Positions 20,427-28,479 of a stretch of DNA of 64,000 nucleotides are shown piece after piece. The stretch comes from Pseudomonadota bacterium. Lineage in GTDB: Bacteria; Pseudomonadota; Gammaproteobacteria; Burkholderiales; Rhodocyclaceae. The DNA lies in the NCBI GenBank assembly GCA_021849505.1, contig JAJZSW010000003.1:811-64810 (forward strand). Direction: 5' to 3'. Each line of letters starts with the position of its first letter. Position 1 is the stretch's first letter. The translations under genes and the position numbers were made by a program. The notes under the pieces are model-generated. The model made no database searches and was not told where the DNA came from. It worked only from the letters and a program-made list of their open reading frames with translations.

Positions 20427-21304
20427 CGTTTCATCCAATAGTCGGCCACGATGCCGGCGAACACGGCGGCGCCCAGCCAGTTGTTGTGCAGGAAGGCCTT
20501 GAAGCAGCGCATGCGCTCGCGGCCGCGGATCAGCGTGTAATGATAGCCCGCGATGCCGGCCGCCACCACGAGCCCCAGCGCATACGGCCAGCCGAAACCG
20601 AGCTGCCAGCCGACATAGCCGAGTAGCGCCAGCGTGGCGGCATAGCAGACCATGATGGCCGCGATGTCGAAACGGCCAAAGGTCAGTGCAGACGTCCGGA
20701 TGCCGATCTTCCTGTCGTCCTCGATGTCGACCAGCGCATACTCGGTATCGTAGGCGATCGCCCAGAAGATGTTGGCCGCGAGCATCAGCCACGCGAGCGG
20801 CGGGATCTGCCCCTGGATCGCCGCGAAAGCCATCGGGATGCCGAAGCCGAAGGCGACGCCAAGATAGGCCTGCGGGATCGCAAAGAATCGTTTGGTGAAG
20901 GGATAGCTGCCGGCGAGGAACAGCGCGGCGACGCTCAGCCCGAACAGCAGCGGCGTGAGGATCGGCAGGATCAGCAGGAAGGCGCAGAGGACGAGGAAGC
21001 CGCACAGCAGCAGGGCTTCGCGCACGCTCACCGTGCGCGCGGCGAGCGGCCGGGCCTTGGTGCGTTCGACATGCGGATCTAGATCACGGTCGGCATAGTC
21101 GTTGACCACGCAGCCGGCCGAGCGCATCAGCACCGTGCCGAGCACGAAGATCCAGACGATCATCCAGTGCGGCTGGCCGTCCGCCGCGATCCACACCGCC
21201 CACAGCGTCGGCCACAGCAGCAACAGGATGCCGATGGGCTTGTCCAGCCGCATCAGCTTTTCGTAGCGATCGAGGCGTTCCTTGACGAGGGCCAGCGTGG
21301 TCAT
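20423..21304 (-). CDS. ubiA: 4-hydroxybenzoate polyprenyltransferase UbiA
   Basis: NDYADRDLD prenyltransferase motif in a polytopic membrane protein. Confidence 0.92.
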   Translation of the reverse strand: MTTLALVKERLDRYEKLMRLDKPIGILLLLWPTLWAVWIAADGQPHWMIVWIFVLGTVLMRSAGCVVNDYADRDLDPHVERTKARPLAARTVSVREALLLCGFLVLCAFLLILPILTPLLFGLSVAALFLAGSYPFTKRFFAIPQAYLGVAFGFGIPMAFAAIQGQIPPLAWLMLAANIFWAIAYDTEYALVDIEDDRKIGIRTSALTFGRFDIAAIMVCYAATLALLGYVGWQLGFGWPYALGLVVAAGIAGYHYTLIRGRERMRCFKAFLHNNWLGAAVFAGIVADYWMKR

Positions 21305-21318
21305 GGGCGGATTCTACG

Positions 21319-21343
21319 ATGCCGTCTCGCCAGCACCGACTTT
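21319..21343 (-). repeat. dispersed 25-mer, copy 6
   Basis: The + strand reads ATGCCGTCTCGCCAGCACCGACTTT. It lies 14 nt upstream of the ubiA ATG. Confidence 0.8.
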
Positions 21344-21494
21344 TGAAGTCTTGCCTGCATGCCGGAGGTCCACTTAAGCGTGGCTTGGCGAATGCTCAAG
21401 AGATCTCTTTACATCCTGTTACCAACTGGAACTGGCAATCCAACTGGCACAGGACTAGAAAGAATCACCCTGCTCTGAACGAAAGGAGATCGCC

Positions 21495-21827
21495 ATGAAA
21501 CTCACGAACCTCGCCCTGATCGCGCTGCTGGCCGCCGTGCCGGCGTTTGCCCAACCCGGACCAGGCATGGGCGGCGGCATGGGCCCCGGTGGCGGACGGT
21601 TCGCCATCGACAAGGACAACACTGTCGGCTGGGCGTTGATGACCCAGGAAGAACACAATGCCCATCGTCAGAAGATGTGGTCCTTCAGGAACTACGACGA
21701 GTGCAAGGCCTATCAGCTCGAGCATCACCAACTCATGGAAGCGCGCGCGAAGGAACAGGGCAAGACCATCGCACCACCGCGTTTCAATGCCTGCGATCGC
21801 ATGAAGGCACGCGGCGTCATCCAGTAA
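21495..21827 (+). CDS. small secreted protein with a Gly/Met-rich N-terminus
   Basis: Signal peptide MKLTNLALIALLAAVPAFA, then QPGPGMGGGMGPGGG and a helical His/Glu-rich domain. A GGAG Shine-Dalgarno precedes it and a terminator follows at 21853-21879. Confidence 0.6.
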   Translation: MKLTNLALIALLAAVPAFAQPGPGMGGGMGPGGGRFAIDKDNTVGWALMTQEEHNAHRQKMWSFRNYDECKAYQLEHHQLMEARAKEQGKTIAPPRFNACDRMKARGVIQ

Positions 21828-21852
21828 GCCTTAAGTTTACGTAGCCAAGGAC

Positions 21853-21879
21853 AAACGCCGGCTTGGCCGGCGTTTGTTT
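21853..21879 (+). terminator. Rho-independent terminator
   Basis: AAACGCCGGC-TTG-GCCGGCGTTT followed by GTTTT. Confidence 0.8.
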
Positions 21880-21882
21880 TGG

Positions 21883-21907
21883 AAAGTCAGCGCTGGGAGG
21901 TAGGCAG
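21883..21907 (+). repeat. dispersed 25-mer, copy 7 (degenerate)
   Basis: AAAGTCAGCGCTGGGAGGTAGGCAG. Confidence 0.55.
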
Positions 21908-21937
21908 CGCCGGCTTTCGGAAACTTGCTGAGATGGA

Positions 21938-22342
21938 CTACTTCGCCTGTGTCTGGGTTTGAGTCCGGGTTTGCTCCTGGGTGCGCGTCCGGGTCTGGGC
22001 CTCTTCCTCGTCTTTCGTCTGCGTACGCGTCTGGGTCTGGCTGCGCGTTTGGGTTTGCGTCTGCGTCCCTTTTGGAGCGGCCTTGGTCTGAGCCCTTGTC
22101 TGCTCCTGGCTGCGCGTTTGGGTCTGCGCCTGGGATTGGGTCTGTGCCTGGGATTGCGTTCCCTGCGCTTCGGAATTTGCTGAGCCACCGGACCCGCCGC
22201 CCGAGCCACCACCACCGGCTCCCGCACCACCGCCGCCACCGCCACCCCCACCTCCGCCACCACCCCCTGCTGCATAGACAGCGGAAGACAGGGCCATGAA
22301 GGTCGAGATGGCTGCGATCAATATTTTGTTCTGGGCTTTCAT
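21938..22342 (-). CDS. secreted low-complexity protein (poly-Gly then Thr/Gln-rich repeats)
   Basis: Signal peptide MKAQNKILIAAISTFMALSSAVYA, a run of about 30 Gly/Ser/Ala residues, then TQTQTRSQ-type repeats. It shares the AGGAGAGCATCATGAA start context with 22407-22739. Confidence 0.55.
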   Translation of the reverse strand: MKAQNKILIAAISTFMALSSAVYAAGGGGGGGGGGGGGGAGAGGGGSGGGSGGSANSEAQGTQSQAQTQSQAQTQTRSQEQTRAQTKAAPKGTQTQTQTRSQTQTRTQTKDEEEAQTRTRTQEQTRTQTQTQAK

Positions 22343-22406
22343 GATGCTCTCCTTTCTGGAGTATGAATCAAATCATCTGAACTGATTGCCACAAAATCAT
22401 CATAGA

Positions 22407-22739
22407 TCATTTCACGCCGGTTCCCGGCACATGAATGCGGTCACGGTCGCGGAGCTGATCCTGGTCGCGAAGCTGGTCGCGGTCACGGAGCCGATCCTGA
22501 TCCGAACTGCTGGTCAGGCTGCCTTGCCGGCCTGATTGACCGCTGTCGTTGCGATGCTGATATTGATTCTGCTGCTTGTATTGATATTGATGCTGATTCT
22601 GCATCTGGGATTGCTGGCCGACCATGCTGCCGCCACCCATGCCTCCACCGCCCATGCCGCCGCCCGGTCCCTTGGCAAATGCCGCCGTGGCAAGCGTGGC
22701 GGAAACGATCACGACTGCGAAAGTATTCAGGTTTTTCAT
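22407..22739 (-). CDS. secreted low-complexity protein (GGM, Gln-rich, DQLRDRD repeats)
   Basis: Signal peptide MKNLNTFAVVIVSATLATAAFA, then GPGGGMGGGGMGGGSM, a QxQ-rich stretch, and DRLRDRDQLRDQDQLRDRD. Confidence 0.55.
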   Translation of the reverse strand: MKNLNTFAVVIVSATLATAAFAKGPGGGMGGGGMGGGSMVGQQSQMQNQHQYQYKQQNQYQHRNDSGQSGRQGSLTSSSDQDRLRDRDQLRDQDQLRDRDRIHVPGTGVK

Positions 22740-22771
22740 GATGCTCTCCTCTATTGGATGAAGGGGGGGAA

Positions 22772-23149
22772 TTACCGACCACCACGCCCCATGCCACCAC
22801 CACGTCCAGCACCACCTCCGCCAGCGGCGCCCGCGCCACTGCCGCCGCTCGAGAAGCCGGGGCTGCCCTCGGACAGCATTCCCCGCTGGCGGGCTTCGAA
22901 GCCGGTGCCATAGGGACGACGTTCAGCATGCGTTTCCTTCAGCCGTTCTTCCTGCCGGAGATTTTTCGTCGCCGTATCTTCCGGCTCGGTAACGATGATG
23001 CTGCCTTGCTTCGACGTGACATCACGCGGCAATGAAAGATTCAGCGGACGCTGCACTCCGCCGCCGGCCGGCAGGGGCGGGGATTGTCCCCATGCCGGCG
23101 CGGCAAGCAGAAGCAGCAAAAACCTGGAGGCGAAGGATTGTGGTTTCAT
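22772..23149 (-). CDS. secreted protein with a Gly-rich C-terminus
   Basis: Start moved to MKPQSFASRFLLLLLAAPAWG (ATG 23149). The C-terminus is GGSGAGAAGGGGAGRGGGMGRGGR. Confidence 0.5.
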   Translation of the reverse strand: MKPQSFASRFLLLLLAAPAWGQSPPLPAGGGVQRPLNLSLPRDVTSKQGSIIVTEPEDTATKNLRQEERLKETHAERRPYGTGFEARQRGMLSEGSPGFSSGGSGAGAAGGGGAGRGGGMGRGGR

Positions 23150-23293
23150 GATTGTGTTTTCGGTGTGAGCATCATGCCAATGGAGCGTAACTTTGCCATG
23201 TCCGCTCTGCATCCGACTGTTTCAGTTTGTTTCGATGGGTATCGCCGCATATCGCCCGTGCGGATCAGGCCTTGGCGCGCTACACTTTAATCC

Positions 23294-24013
23294 ATGAACA
23301 CCGATGAACGCCAACGCATACTGGTGGTCGATGACGATCCTGCGTTGCGGGAGTTGTTGACCAGCTACCTGGCCGAAAATGGCTTCGATGTCAGGGCCGT
23401 GGGTGATGGAGCAGCGATGCGTGCGGCCATGGCGGAAGGGGTGCCTGATGCCATCGTACTCGACCTGATGCTGCCGGGAGAGGATGGTCTGGCTCTGACG
23501 CGCGCAATCCGGACGCAATCGAGCGTGCCGATCCTGATTCTGTCGGCGCGAGGCGAGGAAGTCGATCGGGTGATCGGCCTCGAAGTCGGTGCAGACGATT
23601 ACCTGGCCAAGCCCTTCGGACCGCGCGAACTCCTGGCCCGGCTGCGCGCCCTACTGCGCCGCAGCCTGCCGGCCGCGGCTGCCGATGCAAATGCAAGCCA
23701 GGAGCAGCGCTTCGGTCCCTACGTTCTGGATCTCGCAGGACACCGCCTGTTTCGCGCCGGAAGCGAAGTAGCGCTCACCGGCGCCGAATTCGATCTGCTC
23801 GCCGCCTTCGTCGCCCGGCCCAACCGGGTTCTGTCACGCGACATGCTGGTCGATTTGCTGAAGGGTTACGATCGCGATCCCTTCGACCGCAGCATCGACA
23901 TCCGCGTCACCCGCCTGCGGCGCAAGATCGAGGCGGAACCCGCCGCACCCGTCTATATCCGCACGGTGCGCGGCGAAGGCTACCTGTTCAATCCGCACGG
24001 CGGCGAGACTTGA
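23294..24013 (+). CDS. ompR: OmpR-type response regulator
   Basis: Receiver domain plus the OmpR-hallmark C-terminus (DPFDRSIDIRVTRLRRKIE, YIRTVRGEGYLF). Confidence 0.85.
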   Translation: MNTDERQRILVVDDDPALRELLTSYLAENGFDVRAVGDGAAMRAAMAEGVPDAIVLDLMLPGEDGLALTRAIRTQSSVPILILSARGEEVDRVIGLEVGADDYLAKPFGPRELLARLRALLRRSLPAAAADANASQEQRFGPYVLDLAGHRLFRAGSEVALTGAEFDLLAAFVARPNRVLSRDMLVDLLKGYDRDPFDRSIDIRVTRLRRKIEAEPAAPVYIRTVRGEGYLFNPHGGET

Positions 24014-25311
24014 ATCCATCCAGTCTTGCCCGGCAGAACACCCTGCTGTTGGCGGTCGCCTTCATGCTCGTCGAATTGCTGGCCGCAACGGCTTTGGTGG
24101 TATTTCTCATGCTGCCAATGGCACGGCGATCGGCGGACGATCTCGCCGGCCTGATGATCCTCTCGGCGCAGACCTGGGCCGAGTTGCCCCCCCCGACGAG
24201 ACCGGATTTCGAGCTTGAATTGCTGACCAGCCATCAACTGGCCCTGCGTGTCGAACCGGCAGAAGTTGGCCGCGACGAGTGGCACTCGCCTTTCTTCTAT
24301 CTGCTCGAAGATGCGCTCGCGCAGCGCCTCGGCTCACGCCGCCACCTTGCCAGCGAAATTGCCGGGGACGGTGAAACGGTCTGGTACTGGACGAACCTGC
24401 CGGCCGGCGAGGGCTTGTTGGCCGTCGGCCTTTCCCAGCAACGGATTCCGATGGAGCCCGGACTTGCGTTGCTGCTGGCCCTGGGAGGCGGCTTCGTCTT
24501 CGCCGGCGCATTCGCCTGGTGGCTGGCCCGGCGCATCACCGAACCACTGGCTCTGCTCGATGCGGCCGCGACGCGCATCGGCCAGGGGGAACATCCCGAA
24601 CTGCTGCCCGAGAGCGGCCCGCGCGAACTCGCAGCGCTGGCTCGCCGCTTCAATGCGATGGCCCAACAGGTGCGCGACCTGCTCTCGGCACGCACGACGC
24701 TGCTGGCGGGCGTCTCGCACGATCTGCGCACGCCGCTTGCGCGCATGCGACTGGCCCTCGAGATGATGAAGTCTGCTCCTGCGCCCGCATTGATCGCGCG
24801 GCTGGAAAACGATATCGAAGAGATGAACGGCCTCATCGCCACCCTGCTTGACCTTGCGCGCGGCCTGGAGCGCGAACCGCCGGAAGAGACCGATCTTGCC
24901 GAACTGCTGAGCGAACTCGCCGATCAGGCTGCTGCCCACGAGCGCGAGATCAGCGTGCGCTGCCTGAATTGCCGGCGTGCGGTCGCGCCCCGCGCCCTGC
25001 GCCGGGCCTTGGGCAACCTGCTGCAGAATGCGTTGCGCTATGCACCCGCGGGTCCGCTCGAACTGGTCTGCGAAACGCGGGGGGAATCCTGCCGGGTCGG
25101 CGTGCTCGATCGCGGCCCGGGCATTCCGCCGGAACGCATCGCCGCAATGTTCGAGCCTTTCCAGCGCCTCGACGTCTCGCGCAGCCCGCAGACCGGCGGC
25201 GCCGGACTCGGCCTCGCCATCGTACGCGAACTGGCGCGCGCCAATGGCTGGCAGGCCCGCCTGGAGCCACGCGACGGCGGCGGTCTCGCGGCCTGGATCG
25301 AACTGGCCTGA
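24010..25311 (+). CDS. envZ: EnvZ-like sensor histidine kinase
   Basis: Two TM segments, HAMP, H-box (LLAGVSHDLRTPLARMR) and HATPase boxes (NALRYAP, DRGPGIP, GAGLGLAIV). The track start is a TTG overlapping the ompR stop, so the exact start is uncertain. Confidence 0.8.
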   Translation: MNPSSLARQNTLLLAVAFMLVELLAATALVVFLMLPMARRSADDLAGLMILSAQTWAELPPPTRPDFELELLTSHQLALRVEPAEVGRDEWHSPFFYLLEDALAQRLGSRRHLASEIAGDGETVWYWTNLPAGEGLLAVGLSQQRIPMEPGLALLLALGGGFVFAGAFAWWLARRITEPLALLDAAATRIGQGEHPELLPESGPRELAALARRFNAMAQQVRDLLSARTTLLAGVSHDLRTPLARMRLALEMMKSAPAPALIARLENDIEEMNGLIATLLDLARGLEREPPEETDLAELLSELADQAAAHEREISVRCLNCRRAVAPRALRRALGNLLQNALRYAPAGPLELVCETRGESCRVGVLDRGPGIPPERIAAMFEPFQRLDVSRSPQTGGAGLGLAIVRELARANGWQARLEPRDGGGLAAWIELA

Positions 25312-25317
25312 CCTTGA

Positions 25318-25342
25318 AAAGTCAGCGATGGCGGGACGGCAG
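25318..25342 (+). repeat. dispersed 25-mer, copy 8
   Basis: AAAGTCAGCGATGGCGGGACGGCAG lies 6 nt after the envZ-like stop and abuts the FNR-type box. Confidence 0.7.
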
Positions 25343-25356
25343 TTGACGTCGATCAA
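25343..25356. promoter_or_regulatory. FNR/Dnr-type box TTGAC-GTCG-ATCAA
   Basis: Matches the consensus TTGAT-N4-ATCAA at 9 of 10 positions. It lies 105 nt upstream of the NosL-like gene. No good -10 sits at class II spacing, so it may be a class I site or inactive. Confidence 0.4.
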
Positions 25357-25380
25357 CTCCTGCGCCGATTTCCGCCCAAC

Positions 25381-25397
25381 TGCGACAAGATGTCGCA
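25381..25397. promoter_or_regulatory. perfect 7-3-7 palindrome TGCGACA-AGA-TGTCGCA (candidate operator)
   Basis: Seen directly, 64 nt upstream of the ATG at 25461 and just upstream of a TATATT hexamer (25420-25425). Confidence 0.3.
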
Positions 25398-25460
25398 GCC
25401 TTATCCCTGGGCAGCATCTTATATTGCAGCGCATGATCAATCGTCCCCAGGAGACACATC

Positions 25461-26096
25461 ATGGATCGTCGTGCAGCATTGAAAACCGCCCTCCTCGCCG
25501 GCGCCGTCAGCGTCGGTTTCACCCGCCATGTCCATGCCCAGCAGGCCTGCCCCGGCGACGGTACGCCCCTGCAGTTCATCCCCAAGAAACCGTCCGACCC
25601 GCAGGCCAATGCGAATGACATCGAGAAGTATGCGAAGTGCCCCTACTGCGGCATGGATCGCAAGCAGTACCATCACTCGCGGATGCTGGTGCAGTACAGC
25701 GACGATCTCGCCGACGGCACCTGCTCGCTCCACTGCGCGGCGATCTCGCTGTCCCTCAACATCGACCGCGAACCGAAGGCGATGTGGGTCGGCGACAACG
25801 CCGCGCCCGGCGACGTCAAGCCGCTGGTCGAGGTCGACAAGGCCATCTTCCTGGTCGGCAGCAAGCTGCCCGGCGTCATGACCGCGAACAGCAAGGTTGC
25901 CTACGGTACCGAGGATGCGGCGAAGGCCGCGCAGGCGGCGAACGGTGGCGAACTCGTCAAGTTCGATCAGGCGCTGCTGGCGGCCTACACCGACATGTCC
26001 AAAGATGTGAGCCGCATCCGCAAGAACCGCGCGGAGCGGCGCAAGCGCATGATGGAACAACAGGGCAAGCCGGCAGCGATGGAGCACAAGCACTGA
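25461..26096 (+). CDS. Tat-signal periplasmic protein with a NosL-like CxxCGM metal site
   Basis: Twin-arginine leader MDRRAALKTALLAGAVSVG. It carries a KCPYCGMDRKQYHHSRM motif and a C-terminal Lys/Arg/Met-rich tail. AGGAGA Shine-Dalgarno. Confidence 0.6.
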   Translation: MDRRAALKTALLAGAVSVGFTRHVHAQQACPGDGTPLQFIPKKPSDPQANANDIEKYAKCPYCGMDRKQYHHSRMLVQYSDDLADGTCSLHCAAISLSLNIDREPKAMWVGDNAAPGDVKPLVEVDKAIFLVGSKLPGVMTANSKVAYGTEDAAKAAQAANGGELVKFDQALLAAYTDMSKDVSRIRKNRAERRKRMMEQQGKPAAMEHKH

Positions 26097-26614
26097 TGCG
26101 CCTGCCGCGCTTGTTCCTTGCGGCACTCCTGTTCGCCTGGGTCGGCATGGTGGCCGCCCAGGCGCCGCAGTCGTTCGCCAAGCCAGTACTGGCATCCGCG
26201 ATCCCGAAACCCGGGCCGAAAGATCTCTGCCCGGTCTGCGGCATGCTCGTCTCGAAGTATCCCCACTGGGTGGCGACCATCGTCTACAAGGATGGCCACG
26301 CGCACCACTTCGACGGCGCCAAGGATCTGCTCAAGTTCTGGTTCGATCCGCCGAAGTACGCCGCCGGCCACAGCCGCGAACAGATGGCGCGCATTGCCGT
26401 GACCGACTACTACAACCTGCAGCGGATCGATGCGAAGACGGCGCTCTACGTGATCGGCTCGGACGTGCTCGGGCCGATGGGCCATGAATTCGTGCCGCTC
26501 GCGAATCTGGCCGACGCCGAGGAGTTTCTCAAGGAGCACAAGGGCAAGCGCATCCTGCGCTTCGACCAGATCACGAAGGAAATGCCGCTCCAGCTTGACG
26601 ACGGGAAGTTCTAG
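26096..26614 (+). CDS. nosL: NosL-family copper-chaperone-like lipoprotein/periplasmic protein
   Basis: Signal peptide MRLPRLFLAALLFAWVGMVAA and LCPVCGMLVSKYPHW (the NosL CxxCGM motif). The ATG overlaps the preceding stop. Confidence 0.7.
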   Translation: MRLPRLFLAALLFAWVGMVAAQAPQSFAKPVLASAIPKPGPKDLCPVCGMLVSKYPHWVATIVYKDGHAHHFDGAKDLLKFWFDPPKYAAGHSREQMARIAVTDYYNLQRIDAKTALYVIGSDVLGPMGHEFVPLANLADAEEFLKEHKGKRILRFDQITKEMPLQLDDGKF

Positions 26615-27261
26615 CGAGCCGCCAGGGTCGGCTTCGGGCGCCGGATGCGTCCGGCCGCTTCGCGCGCCAAGGCCTGCGCCGTCTTTTCCATCGTTTCGTA
26701 TAGCCCGGCCAGCACACGCCGCCGCAGCGGCGACAGCAGCGCCGGCATGCGCACCGATTCGCCAAGGACCTGCGTCTCGCGCGCGTAGAGGACCATCAGG
26801 TCGAACAGCAACCGCTCGAGTTCCGCTGCGGGAAATGTCTCGGCCAGCGCGGCGCGCAGCTTGCGGCGTGGCGACCAGACCACGCCGAGCCGGCTGCCCG
26901 CGTCGAGCAGCTTGCGGATGCGCTGGGTGCGCACCGGGTTTACCGCCTCATAGCGGATCGGGATTTCGAGCGGACTGCGCGCTTGGGCGAGGAAGTCGCG
27001 GTCGATCTCGCGCGCGATCTGCAATAGAGAAATCACCAGTGCATCGTCGATCGGCTGCCCGGCTTTCGCCACCTGCACGGCGCGACCGATCACGTGGGCG
27101 TCCTTGCGCACTTCCTTTTGGACATTGATGAGCAGCAGCTTGTCCAGCCAGGGCAAGGCTACCGGCAGGGGCAGCCGCGCACGCAGTGCCGCTGTGGTGC
27201 GGCGGCTGTAGGCTTCGAGAATCTGCCGGTTCAGCTCGGCGAGCAGCCTCGCCTGGTGCAT
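26611..27261 (-). CDS. hypothetical protein co-transcribed with a methyltransferase
   Basis: Start moved to MHQARLLAELNRQ (ATG 27261), 6 nt after the methyltransferase stop. No family recognised. Confidence 0.5.
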   Translation of the reverse strand: MHQARLLAELNRQILEAYSRRTTAALRARLPLPVALPWLDKLLLINVQKEVRKDAHVIGRAVQVAKAGQPIDDALVISLLQIAREIDRDFLAQARSPLEIPIRYEAVNPVRTQRIRKLLDAGSRLGVVWSPRRKLRAALAETFPAAELERLLFDLMVLYARETQVLGESVRMPALLSPLRRRVLAGLYETMEKTAQALAREAAGRIRRPKPTLAAR

Positions 27262-27266
27262 TCCGT

Positions 27267-28016
27267 TCAGACCGGTTTCTGTGCCCTGTGCACGCCGATC
27301 ATGCCGGCGAGCAGGCTCTTGTGCACCACATTCACCATGCCGTGGGCACGCAGCAGGTCGGAGAACTCCTGCGGCGAATAGAAGTTGTCGAGCACGTCGA
27401 CGAAGTACTTGCGGCAGTTGAGCGCCGGCTCCTTGCTGCGGAAGAGACCGGCGGTGAAGTTGAGGCAGAAGCGCAGGTAGCCGAAATACATCTTCGCCAC
27501 GGTCGGGTTGGGTGGCCGCAGCATGTCGCAATGATGGAAATGGCCGCCCGGTTTCAGCACGCGGCGCACTTCGTCGAACACCCTGTCGAGCTGGAGGTGC
27601 CGCGCCGCCCACTGCAATGTGACGATGTCGAAATGGTTGTCCGGATAGGGCAGCTTGTGCACGTCGCCGATGCTGGCACGGATGTGCATGCCGCGGTCAC
27701 GGGCGCGCTGGCGGCCGACCGTCTGCATCGCGACGTTGCGGTCGAGCGCATAGGCTTCGAGGGTGGGCTCCTTCTTCAGCAGGGCGATGCCGACCGCGTT
27801 GGTGCCGGCGCAGATGTCGAGCGAGCGCATGTTCGGCTGCGTCTCGACGAGATCCATGTGGTGGCGCAGGAACCAGTTCCACAGGCCGAGGCTGGCCACC
27901 TGGTTGGCTTTGTCGTAATAGCTTGCCACGTCGGTGAAGACCGGATTCAGGTCGTTCTTCCAGTAATGGCTGTACAGCTGCTCGCGCTGGGTTTCCTTGG
28001 ATACGGAGGCGTCCAT
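27267..28016 (-). CDS. class I SAM-dependent methyltransferase (UbiE/MenG-like)
   Basis: Start at MDASVSKETQ (ATG 28016, AGGAG Shine-Dalgarno). Motif I is LDICAGTNAVG and post-II is VLKPGGHF. Confidence 0.8.
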   Translation of the reverse strand: MDASVSKETQREQLYSHYWKNDLNPVFTDVASYYDKANQVASLGLWNWFLRHHMDLVETQPNMRSLDICAGTNAVGIALLKKEPTLEAYALDRNVAMQTVGRQRARDRGMHIRASIGDVHKLPYPDNHFDIVTLQWAARHLQLDRVFDEVRRVLKPGGHFHHCDMLRPPNPTVAKMYFGYLRFCLNFTAGLFRSKEPALNCRKYFVDVLDNFYSPQEFSDLLRAHGMVNVVHKSLLAGMIGVHRAQKPV

Positions 28017-28125
28017 GCAATAACTCCTGCCTATTCTGCTCTCACAAGAAACGCGATGGGCCGTCCCGAGCGCTTCTTGGCCCCTTGAGGGGAGATCGCC
28101 GCGCAGCGGCGATTTCGGGGTGGGA

Positions 28126-28479
<354 letters not shown>

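Noticed and set aside
18954-21005. 683-aa ORF suggesting a very long UbiD.
   Set aside because: The N-terminal roughly 190 residues are an out-of-frame read-through across ubiA. The UbiD homology starts at MNAAHDL, whose ATG overlaps the ubiA stop. The same reasoning trimmed these track ORFs: 1931-4342, 4042-4374, 6533-8146, 8147-8629, 8577-10496, 13790-14170, 14573-16582, 16434-18488, 26611-27612, 27267-28322, 30118-30843 and 45787-47721.
21319-21343. Resemblance of the 25-mer core (ATGCCGTCT / GTGCCGTCT) to the neisserial DNA uptake sequence ATGCCGTCTGAA.
   Set aside because: The match stops before the essential CTGAA part. Most copies read GCCGTCCC. Density, at about 1 per 4-5 kb, is far below that of DUS. 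The conserved unit is 25 nt rather than 10-12. I regard the resemblance as probably coincidental, though an uptake-signal role is not formally excluded.
21440-21460. TGGCAC at 21446-21450 as the -24 element of a sigma54 promoter upstream of the secreted-protein gene. Direct repeats CCAACTGG lie at 21422 and 21440.
   Set aside because: There is no TTGC-type -12 element at the correct spacing. The repeats are noted, but I cannot assign them a function.
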